Assembly (NCBI GenBank): GCA_017424405.1
Contig: JAFPAD010000082.1
Location: 15,802-79,801, forward strand
Direction of reading: 5' to 3'
Source of the DNA: Alistipes sp.
GTDB lineage: Bacteria; Bacteroidota; Bacteroidia; Bacteroidales; Rikenellaceae
DNA length: 64,000 nucleotides
A program made the position numbers and the translations under genes. Under the pieces are notes generated by a model. It was not told the DNA's origin. It did no database searches and saw only the letters and a program-made list of their open reading frames with translations. Positions 38,445 through 46,656 of the stretch are shown in pieces; positions within the stretch are counted from its first letter, which is position 1; the number at the start of each line of letters is the position of its first letter.

Positions 38445-40181
38445 ATGACTAACACAACAAACAACGAAACAATTGAGCCAAAAGAGAGGCTTAATTTCGT
38501 AGAGGAGGTAATCGAAGAGGCGATTGCAAAGGGTAAAACACATGTTCAGACCCGATTCCCACCCGAGCCAAATGGCTACCTGCACATCGGTCACGCCAAG
38601 GCTATCTGCCTGGACTTCGGTGTAGCAGCCAAGTATGGCGGTGTGTGTAATCTTCGCTTTGACGATACCAACCCTACAAAGGAGGATGTGGAGTATGTTG
38701 AGGCTATCAAGGAGGATATCCAGTGGCTAGGTTTCCAGTGGGGTAACGAGTACTACGCTTCGGACTATTTCCAGCAGTTGTGGGACTTTGCTGTCCGTCT
38801 TATCAAGGAGGGTAAGGCATACATCGACGAGCAGTCGTCGGAGGAGATTGCTGCGCAGAAGGGTACCCCTACGCAGGCAGGTGTTGAGAGCCCATTCCGC
38901 AACCGCCCAATCGAGGAGAACCTCGATTTGTTTATGAAGATGACCAACGGCGAGATTGAGGAGGGTAAGATGGTCTTGCGTGCCAAGATTGATATGGCAA
39001 GCTCGAATATGCACTTCCGTGACCCAATCATCTACCGCGTGGTAAATCATCCTCACCACCGCACAGGTGACAAGTGGAAGGTTTATCCTATGTACGATTT
39101 TGCCCATGGTCAGAGCGACTACTTCGAGGGCGTTACACACTCATTGTGTACCCTTGAGTTCGTGCCTCACCGTCCACTCTACGACTTGTTCGTTGATTGG
39201 GTGAAGGAGGGCGTTGATCCATCTGATAACCGCCCACGCCAGTACGAGTTCAACAAGTTGAACTTGAACTACACCCTTATGAGTAAGCGTAACCTGCTAA
39301 TCCTCGTTAAGGAGGGCTTGGTTAATGGCTGGGACGACCCACGAATGCCTACTTTGTGCGGCTTCCGCCGTCGTGGCTACTCGCCAGAGTCTATCCGCTC
39401 ATTCGTTGATAAGATTGGCTACACTACATACGACGCGTTGAACGACTTTGCATTGCTCGAGAGCGCTGTGCGTGACGACTTGAACAAGCGTGCTACACGT
39501 GTGAGCGCTGTTATCGACCCAGTGAAGCTCGTTATCACCAACTATCCTGAGGGTCAGGTTGAGGCTATGGAGGCTATCAATAACCCTGAGGATCCTGAGG
39601 CAGGCACTCACACTATCGAATTCAGCCGCGAGTTGTGGATGGAGCGCGAGGACTTTATGGAAGACGCACCAAAGAAGTATTTCCGTATGACCCCAGGTCA
39701 GGAGGTGCGCCTCAAGAACGCATATATTGTTAAGTGTACTGGCTGCGACAAGGACGAGAACGGTAACATCACAACCGTTTACGCCGAGTACGACCCAGAG
39801 ACCAAGACAGGTATGCCAGGCAGCAATCGCAAGGTGAAGGGTACAATCCACTGGGTTAGCTGCGACCACTGCTTGAAGGCGGAGGTGCGTCTGTACGACC
39901 GCTTGTGGAAGGTTGAGAACCCACGCGACGAGATGGCCGCTATCCGTAAGGAGACAGGCTGCGACGCATTGGAGGCAATGAAGCAGATGATTAACGAGGA
40001 TTCGTTGAAGGTGCTCACCGAGTGCTATGTTGAGAAGTTCTTGGCAGAGGCGAAACCTTTGGATTACTTGCAGTTCCAGCGCATCGGCTACTTCAATGTC
40101 GATAAGGACTCAACTGCAGACCACTTGGTATTCAACCGCACGGTTACACTCAAGGACTCTTGGGCAAAGATGAATAAGTAG
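38445..40181 (+). CDS. glnS: Glutamine--tRNA ligase
   Basis: TRFPPEPNGYLHIGH, MSKR, VKGTIHWV, QFQRIGYF. Confidence 0.97.
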   Translation: MTNTTNNETIEPKERLNFVEEVIEEAIAKGKTHVQTRFPPEPNGYLHIGHAKAICLDFGVAAKYGGVCNLRFDDTNPTKEDVEYVEAIKEDIQWLGFQWGNEYYASDYFQQLWDFAVRLIKEGKAYIDEQSSEEIAAQKGTPTQAGVESPFRNRPIEENLDLFMKMTNGEIEEGKMVLRAKIDMASSNMHFRDPIIYRVVNHPHHRTGDKWKVYPMYDFAHGQSDYFEGVTHSLCTLEFVPHRPLYDLFVDWVKEGVDPSDNRPRQYEFNKLNLNYTLMSKRNLLILVKEGLVNGWDDPRMPTLCGFRRRGYSPESIRSFVDKIGYTTYDALNDFALLESAVRDDLNKRATRVSAVIDPVKLVITNYPEGQVEAMEAINNPEDPEAGTHTIEFSRELWMEREDFMEDAPKKYFRMTPGQEVRLKNAYIVKCTGCDKDENGNITTVYAEYDPETKTGMPGSNRKVKGTIHWVSCDHCLKAEVRLYDRLWKVENPRDEMAAIRKETGCDALEAMKQMINEDSLKVLTECYVEKFLAEAKPLDYLQFQRIGYFNVDKDSTADHLVFNRTVTLKDSWAKMNK

Positions 40182-40184
40182 TTG

Positions 40185-40307
40185 TGAAGCTGTCTAACAA
40201 GGTGATTTCTGCGTTACGCTCGTTCTCAAAATCCTCATTTACGCACAAGTAAACTGCGGTTTTTCGAACTTCGCAAGCCTAAAAATCCCTCTTGTTATAC
40301 AACTTCA
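40185..40307. repeat. MITE/REP-like 123-bp palindromic element
   Basis: Terminal inverted repeat TGAAGCTGTCTAACAAG / CTTGTTATACAACTTCA (15/17); central TTTAC-gcacaa-GTAAA palindrome. Confidence 0.6.
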
Positions 40308-40308
40308 A

Positions 40309-40348
40309 AAAATAACACCCCACCAAGAAATTGGTGGGGTGTTATTTT
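40309..40348. terminator. Bidirectional intrinsic terminator
   Basis: Perfect 18-bp stem AAAATAACACCCCACCAA-gaaa-TTGGTGGGGTGTTATTTT. Confidence 0.9.
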
Positions 40349-40353
40349 GTTCA

Positions 40354-41013
40354 TTATTTATTCTCTATTTGTATGTTTTGTCCATTTATTAATGCAAAAA
40401 TATGTTCTATTTCTGATGCTGTTTCCCAATCGTTTCCAATCTGAACTTTGATAATAGAACTATCAAATCTATTGAGTGTTATGACCAATATATAGTCGTG
40501 AATTAATTTGTCATTAGATTGAGTGTAATTGACAGATGTATTTTTAGACGCAGACGATGCACCAATAACTGCACCTATACCACCTCCGACTAAAGCTCCA
40601 GCAGCACTGCGACCAACTAAACTTGATGTAGAAGTAGAAGTTGTAGCATCTCCAGTTATTCTTCCGTGCTTAATTTGGTAATTGTCAATAATCTTTGAAG
40701 ATAAAATATCTTTAAATAAAATACCTTCTGTGCTATTTATGCATATTATTTGCTGTTGAGCGCACACAGCAATATATCTATACTCGTTAAGCCTTATAAT
40801 CTTATCAGGCTTGCCATATTTATTTGATATAGCATCAATTTTTGCATTGAATTCACTTTCAGCAAGAGCCTTTTGCTCTTCTGCCTTTTTTCGTTTCTCT
40901 TCTTTTTCTAAATTATTTAATTTTTCCCCTTGTCTTTCTGCCCAAATTATATATAAGACAAATAAAGTTAAAACGATAATCGGGCTTATAATCGATATAA
41001 CATCCAACCACAT
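40354..41013 (-). CDS. AT-rich hypothetical membrane protein with coiled coil and glycine-zipper segment
   Basis: N-terminal TM, charged coiled coil, GRSAAGALVGGGIGAVIGA; visibly lower GC than flanking genes. Confidence 0.75.
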   Translation of the reverse strand: MWLDVISIISPIIVLTLFVLYIIWAERQGEKLNNLEKEEKRKKAEEQKALAESEFNAKIDAISNKYGKPDKIIRLNEYRYIAVCAQQQIICINSTEGILFKDILSSKIIDNYQIKHGRITGDATTSTSTSSLVGRSAAGALVGGGIGAVIGASSASKNTSVNYTQSNDKLIHDYILVITLNRFDSSIIKVQIGNDWETASEIEHIFALINGQNIQIENK

Positions 41014-41089
41014 AATATGAATTTTAGGTTAAACAATAAATTTCCCTCGCCAGCAGATGGCAACCGTTTAACTTAATAAAAAGAAGAAA

Positions 41090-41222
41090 CGTGGGTACTG
41101 TCTTTTGTGAAGAAGGGACGACCAAGTACCCATACAAGAATAGACACACCCACGCCAAATGGCGTGAGCATTTAATGTGCCTATTGTCTTCTTGTGTAAT
41201 AATTTTGGTCGTTTTACTTCGC
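41090..41222 (-). ncRNA. Structured 5' leader / cis-regulatory RNA candidate
   Basis: Nested stems CGACCAA/TTGGTCG, ACAAGAA/TTCTTGT, AATAGACAC/GTGCCTATT, CCCACGCCA/TGGCGTGAG; the A-C mismatches become G-U on the minus strand. Confidence 0.6.
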
Positions 41223-41277
41223 GAAACAATAGCCTAAATGCCACCAATACAAAGACTGCCTATTTGACAGCCTATTA

Positions 41278-41285
41278 CAAAGATA
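41278..41285 (-). promoter_or_regulatory. -7 promoter element (TATCTTTG) for the structured leader and orphan gene
   Basis: CAAAGATA on the plus strand, just downstream of the trmB terminator. Confidence 0.55.
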
Positions 41286-41307
41286 GCAATAATTTTCAAA
41301 CAATGAT

Positions 41308-41346
41308 AAAAAACACCCCAAAAGTTTTTGCAACCTTTGGGGTGTT
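41308..41346 (-). terminator. Terminator after trmB
   Basis: Minus strand AACACCCCAAAG...TTTTGGGGTGTT followed by TTTT. Confidence 0.7.
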
Positions 41347-41374
41347 ATAGTTATAGATTTCAATATAAATGCCA

Positions 41375-42133
41375 TTAGCACTTGCTGATACCGATTCGTG
41401 CCTCCTCGTTGTCCTTCTCCAGCTTCTCGTCCTCCTCCCACTCAATCATTGGGAATGTCTTGCCGCCTGCCAATGAGAAACGTGTGTAGGTGATTGGCAA
41501 GCCACGCTCCAGGAACTTTGTCTCGTAGGCGGTCTTAACCGAAAGCTCGGCATCGGCAAAGCCTGTGCCGTAGATGTCGTTGTTCGACGCCTCGCATGGC
41601 AATGCAAAATGCTCCACGACATAGTTCGTGTATCCGTACAAATGCTGCGAGTCAGTCTTGAGGTTAATCCAGCCGTCAGCAGCGAGGAACTGCGCATAAT
41701 ACTCCAGGAAGATAGGTGACGTGAGGCGCTTCTTCGCACGGCGTGTCTTGAGCTGTGGGTCGGGGAAGGTAATCCAAATCTCGGCAATCTCGCCCTCGGC
41801 AAAGAATGAGTTGATGAACTCAATGCGCGTACGCAGGAAGCCCACGTTTGTCATACCAGCCTCGGTGGCGGTCTTTGCTCCGCGCCACATGCGGGCACCC
41901 TTAATATCTACACCTATATAATTAGCGTTGGGGTTACGCTCAGCCAAAGCGATGGTGTACTCGCCCTTACCGCAGCCCAACTCCAAAATTATGGGGTTGT
42001 CGTTGTGGAAGAAATCCTTGTGCCAGCGACCCTTCAGGGGGTGGTCCTTATGAAAAATCTCATCAAATTCAGGCTGCACCATGCAGCTGAATGTCAGATT
42101 CTCGGCGAATCTTTTGAGTTTATCCTTTCCCAA
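41375..42133 (-). CDS. trmB: tRNA (guanine-N7)-methyltransferase
   Basis: LELGCGKGEY, GVDIKGARMW, ITFPDP, LKTD; TTG start. Confidence 0.93.
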   Translation of the reverse strand: MGKDKLKRFAENLTFSCMVQPEFDEIFHKDHPLKGRWHKDFFHNDNPIILELGCGKGEYTIALAERNPNANYIGVDIKGARMWRGAKTATEAGMTNVGFLRTRIEFINSFFAEGEIAEIWITFPDPQLKTRRAKKRLTSPIFLEYYAQFLAADGWINLKTDSQHLYGYTNYVVEHFALPCEASNNDIYGTGFADAELSVKTAYETKFLERGLPITYTRFSLAGGKTFPMIEWEEDEKLEKDNEEARIGISKC

Positions 42134-42153
42134 AATTATATCGTTTTAAACGG

Positions 42154-42591
42154 TTACTTATCTGCTTGAAAATTCATTCCTGCGGCCTCCACGCCCGCGA
42201 TGCTCTCCAAGGGGGTAATCTCGAAGATGTATTTGCCCTTGTGCCTTAGGCTCACGTTGCAGCGGTAGGGTATCTCCACATCAATAGCTCTTGCCGTAGT
42301 CTGCGATAACTCCGCAGTGCATGGCAACACCACCTGCTCGGTGTGAAATAGTGAGTCGGGTGAGAACATCTTTATCTGCAACGCTATCTGCTGGGCGTCG
42401 AATCGGCTGTTGATGTGCAACATGATGTTCAAGTCGCATATCTGCTCCGTGTTGTTGTCAAATTCCAACGTGACAGCCTCGTGCCAATCGTTTACATCAA
42501 CGTCTTTCATCACCACCATATCGGGCACAACATTGCACGACGAGAGTGATGCTACAATACAACACAATATGCCCACTAACACCCTACGCAT
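42154..42591 (-). CDS. GldH-like lipoprotein
   Basis: Lipobox-like LSSC; W..AV..F and GKYIFEI pattern; position after the PSP1 gene as in other Bacteroidales. Confidence 0.55.
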   Translation of the reverse strand: MRRVLVGILCCIVASLSSCNVVPDMVVMKDVDVNDWHEAVTLEFDNNTEQICDLNIMLHINSRFDAQQIALQIKMFSPDSLFHTEQVVLPCTAELSQTTARAIDVEIPYRCNVSLRHKGKYIFEITPLESIAGVEAAGMNFQADK

Positions 42592-42596
42592 GGCAA

Positions 42597-44015
42597 TTAC
42601 TCCTTATGCTCCGCAGCAGGTTTGTCGTGTGTCGGCTTGCCATTCTCGCGGTTGTTGTCGCGACGGTTGCGGAAGTTGCGACGGTGGTGGCGGTCACGCT
42701 GTGAACGAGGATTTTGATTCTCCTGTTGTTCATGACGCTCGCCTTTTTGCTCGTGCTTTGTCTCCTGAGCTGGCTCATGCTTAACCTCCTTAGCCTCGCC
42801 CTGAGCTGCAACCTTTGCCTCTTGCTGTCCCTCGTGCTTTGGCTTATGCTCACGTTGCTCACGTTGCTCACGTTGCTCGCGCTGCTTGTCGCGACCCTTG
42901 TTCTTGCGACGACGCTTGTTCTGGTTGTCGAAACGTGTGATGCTATCCTCCTCGGTGCGATATGTAGGCTCCTCAACCGTTACCACGCTATCCTTGTCGA
43001 TGATTGAATCTACCTTCTTGCCCGCGCGGTTCATGGCGATAATCTCACGCACACGCGATGTAGGGATTGTAACCACGTTTGACATCGAATCCTTGCTGCT
43101 ACTAAATGACATCGTGCGAGCCAGAATGTCGGTCTTAACCAAGTAGTACTCGCCATCAAGAGCCTGCAGCGGCTCGCGCACACGTGGGAGTGTCTGACGA
43201 GCATCGGCATAAACGTCATACTCGTACATCAAGCAACACTTCAGCTTTGAGCATTGTCCTGCCAACTTCTGCGGATTGAGCGATATATCCTGCACACGCG
43301 CAGCATTTGTGGTAACGCTTGAGAATGATGAAATCCACGAAGCGCAACACAACTCGCGTCCACATGCACCAATACCACCAATGCGACCCGCCTCCTGACG
43401 AGCTCCAATCTGCTTCATCTCGATGCGGATATGGAAACGCTCGGCGAAGACCTTGATAAGCTCACGGAAATCAACGCGACCCTCGGCGATATAGTAGAAT
43501 ATAGCCTTAATCTTGTCGCCCTGATACTCCACGTCGCCAATCTTCATGTCAAGACCCATGTCAGCGGCAATCTGGCGCGACTGAATCATCGTGTCGTGCT
43601 CCAAAGCAATAGCCTCCTGCCAACGCTCGATGTCGTAAGGCTTTGCCTTGCGGTAAATCTTCTTATATTCGCCGTTGAACGGTGTGAATCCTGTGCGACG
43701 AATTTGCTTGGCAACCATATCACCCGTGAGAGAGATGATACCAATGTCGTGACCAGGCGATGCCTCCACGGCTACGATGTCGCCACGTTTAAGGTCGAGG
43801 TTATTCACGTTCTTGTAGTATGAACGTCTGGTATTTTTGAAGCGCACCTCAAAAATGTCGGTGGGGATATTGTCGGGATACTCTTCAAGCCAAGCTGTTT
43901 CGTGTAGTTTGAAACAACCCTCTACAGGCTTTGCGCACAACTCCTCGTTGCAGTCGCAGAGAGCAAACCCTCGCCCCATTTCAAGTATATGTTTTTTAGG
44001 ACAATCCATAGTCAT
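42597..44015 (-). CDS. PSP1-domain (RicT/YaaT-like) protein with charged disordered tail
   Basis: RVDFRELIK, RQEAGRIGGIGACGRELCC, KLAGQCSKLKCCL; QRE tandem repeat at 42847-42882. Confidence 0.9.
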   Translation of the reverse strand: MTMDCPKKHILEMGRGFALCDCNEELCAKPVEGCFKLHETAWLEEYPDNIPTDIFEVRFKNTRRSYYKNVNNLDLKRGDIVAVEASPGHDIGIISLTGDMVAKQIRRTGFTPFNGEYKKIYRKAKPYDIERWQEAIALEHDTMIQSRQIAADMGLDMKIGDVEYQGDKIKAIFYYIAEGRVDFRELIKVFAERFHIRIEMKQIGARQEAGRIGGIGACGRELCCASWISSFSSVTTNAARVQDISLNPQKLAGQCSKLKCCLMYEYDVYADARQTLPRVREPLQALDGEYYLVKTDILARTMSFSSSKDSMSNVVTIPTSRVREIIAMNRAGKKVDSIIDKDSVVTVEEPTYRTEEDSITRFDNQNKRRRKNKGRDKQREQREQREQREHKPKHEGQQEAKVAAQGEAKEVKHEPAQETKHEQKGERHEQQENQNPRSQRDRHHRRNFRNRRDNNRENGKPTHDKPAAEHKE

Positions 44016-44046
44016 TACAAAATTTTGGTAAAGATAATAAAAAAAA

Positions 44047-45456
44047 TTATTCTTTAACCTCTTTTTTTGCTACAAGTTCCATTTGTCGAATGTTTCTTTT
44101 CACGCGTAGCAGTGTCAAAACGGCACAAGTTGATAAACCGATGATAAATCCAATTATCAATCCATTGGCTTTTAATTGGCAGTTGAAAGCTAAGAAATAA
44201 CCAACGGGTATGTTTATTACCACATACGACAGCACTACAATGGGCATAATAATCTTCACATCTTGCAAGCCTCGCAGTATGCTTATTGAAATTGCTTGCA
44301 GACAGTCCGAAATCTGGAACAAGGCGATGAATATGAGCATTGTAGCGGTGATGTCGATAACCTCCTCGTTCGATGTAAATAGGGTAGGTATTTGATAACG
44401 CAGTAACACGTAGAGTGTGGCTACTGTCAAATTCCACACAAGCCCCATTTGATAAGCCGCATTTACCGTGTGACGCAATCGAGCGTATGTTTTACGACCA
44501 TATATGTATGAGCAGAGTATGGTTGTAGCCGAGCCAATCGCCACAACAATCATGAACGTGACGTTCATCATATTTACTCCAATCTGATAAGCACTTACCG
44601 AGGTGGCTCCAAATGCCAAAACCAAAATCCCAGCCACTACGAAGGCGCTTGCCTCCATCAACATCTGGAACGAGATTGGTACGCCAACTTTGAGAATGCT
44701 GTGTGTTGTTCGCCAGCTGAGTTTAACCTGCGATATTAAGTTGGCTGTGTACTCTTTGAAGCGAGGTGTCAGGAAGAAGTATGCTACCAACATCACACAT
44801 TGACATATGCGTGAAATCAGAGTAGCATATCCTGCACCGATGGCTCCCATAGGCTCGAATCCGAACTTGCCAAAAATGAATACCCAGTTTAGAAATATAT
44901 TCAGCGTGTTTGCAGATATGATTGTCACCATGGCTATGCGGGTGTTTCCGATGCCTTCCAAAAACTGCTTGACGCTACCCCAAATCATTACGGGCAATAC
45001 ACTCCATATGAGTGTGTCGTAGTAGGGTAGAGCCAAAGATACTACCTCTCCAATCGAGGCATCGTTGCTATCGCCCAACATCAACGCACCCATTATTGGG
45101 AATAGTGCTCTGGCGGCAAATAGCAGTATGGTGGCAATGACACCTATTATGGTGAATAGCACCATGCCGTTTAGGAGCAATTTTCGGGTGTGCTTAATCT
45201 TTCCTTGCGAGAAGTGTTCGCCCACCAATGGCGTGAGTCCAAACGTGAGTCCCATCGCAGCGATGAAGACTATGAAGAAGAAACTTGAAGCAAACGACAC
45301 AGCTGCTAAAGGTGTTGGGTCGTCACCTCCGTATCGACCCACCATTGCAGTGTCGGCGAGTTGTACTGTTATTTGTCCCACTTGCGATAGTATGACGGGT
45401 AGCGCAAGGCGTAAATTCTCTTTGTAAAATGGGGTATATTTTCTAAATAAATTCAT
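44047..45456 (-). CDS. MATE-family efflux transporter
   Basis: LALPVILSQ, ADTAMVG, about 12 TM, LRGLQD; ATG at 45456. Confidence 0.92.
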   Translation of the reverse strand: MNLFRKYTPFYKENLRLALPVILSQVGQITVQLADTAMVGRYGGDDPTPLAAVSFASSFFFIVFIAAMGLTFGLTPLVGEHFSQGKIKHTRKLLLNGMVLFTIIGVIATILLFAARALFPIMGALMLGDSNDASIGEVVSLALPYYDTLIWSVLPVMIWGSVKQFLEGIGNTRIAMVTIISANTLNIFLNWVFIFGKFGFEPMGAIGAGYATLISRICQCVMLVAYFFLTPRFKEYTANLISQVKLSWRTTHSILKVGVPISFQMLMEASAFVVAGILVLAFGATSVSAYQIGVNMMNVTFMIVVAIGSATTILCSYIYGRKTYARLRHTVNAAYQMGLVWNLTVATLYVLLRYQIPTLFTSNEEVIDITATMLIFIALFQISDCLQAISISILRGLQDVKIIMPIVVLSYVVINIPVGYFLAFNCQLKANGLIIGFIIGLSTCAVLTLLRVKRNIRQMELVAKKEVKE

Positions 45457-45672
45457 AATGGTGCAAAGGTAATAAAAATAGGTGAAAGAGATTGAAAAAT
45501 ATGAGATGCTTTTTGTAATTCGCACTTTTCAGATATGTGTAGTCTTTAATGTAATATTGTTAGCATAAGGGTTTAAGTAATTGGTCAATATGTGCACAAC
45601 TTGTTGCGTTGTGATAATAATTGGCTACTTTTGTTGGTGTTATTAGGAATAAATGTTAAAAATAGGTGTTAT

Positions 45673-46575
45673 ATGGTACAAAATTATGAATGGTTGCCGC
45701 TGTTTGAAAATATCAGAGGTGTAGATACCATCGAGAATAATTTAGCAATATTTACTTTCTCAGAGATTCGCGAGCAGTTGCATCAATTTCATCCCGATTT
45801 CTTTGCTGCGGTACGTAGTCCTCATAAGTTTAATTTTTTCATCATTGTAAATCACTTTGCGGGCGAGTGTCGCTTTAAAGTTGATATGGAGGAGTATGAT
45901 GTGAAGCAGGGCGGTAATATTTTTTATTGCACTCCAGGACAGATTGTCTCCATTGAATCGGTTTCTGATGATTTCGATGCACATGTGCTCATATTGTCAG
46001 AGCAGTTCATCGAGTCGTTGCTGGTATATCTCAATGGCTCCATTCCCTTCAATTTAGATTTTCGCCGTCGTATTGTGGTGCCTTGTTCCGAACAGGAGAT
46101 GCATATGCAAAATGTGTTTGTGAAGACGTTGCGTTATGTGTTGCTGGATAAAGATAATCCATATCTGTTGCAAGTCACGCAACATGTTATGATGGCAATC
46201 TTCTATGCCTCCGATAAGCCGCGCATGATGAACAACAGCGACGGAGGGCGTACTAATGCCGATGTGCTTACAAAGCAATTTTTAGAGCTTGTGAAATCTA
46301 ATTTTAGACAAGAGCGACAACTCAAATTCTATTCCGATAAGATGTGTATCACGTCACGCTATCTGTCGAGGGTGGTGAAGGAGTGTACGGGCTCTTCTGC
46401 GTCGGATTGGATTGAACGCTATGTTGTGCTCGAGGCACGAGCCCTGCTGAAATCTACCAATATGACCATTCAGCAGGTGAGTGATGAGTTGAATTTTCCG
46501 TCGCAAACATTCTTTGGTAAGTACTTCAAACGACGTGTAGGTATGTCGCCGAAGGAGTATCGAAGGGTAGGATAA
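45673..46575 (+). CDS. AraC-family transcriptional regulator
   Basis: C-terminal YLSRVVK...LNFPSQTFFGKYFKRRVGMSPKEYR; divergent from the MATE gene. Confidence 0.92.
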   Translation: MVQNYEWLPLFENIRGVDTIENNLAIFTFSEIREQLHQFHPDFFAAVRSPHKFNFFIIVNHFAGECRFKVDMEEYDVKQGGNIFYCTPGQIVSIESVSDDFDAHVLILSEQFIESLLVYLNGSIPFNLDFRRRIVVPCSEQEMHMQNVFVKTLRYVLLDKDNPYLLQVTQHVMMAIFYASDKPRMMNNSDGGRTNADVLTKQFLELVKSNFRQERQLKFYSDKMCITSRYLSRVVKECTGSSASDWIERYVVLEARALLKSTNMTIQQVSDELNFPSQTFFGKYFKRRVGMSPKEYRRVG

Positions 46576-46656
46576 ATGGTAGAGGTTGCCTAACATAACG
46601 CAGTTAGACAACCTCTCTTGTTCCCATCTATTCAGGAAGGGGTTACATCATAATCA

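Noticed and set aside
42847-42882. 9-bp tandem repeat in the PSP1 gene as a phase-variation tract
   Set aside because: In-frame unit (QRE) within a disordered tail; slippage would not switch expression.
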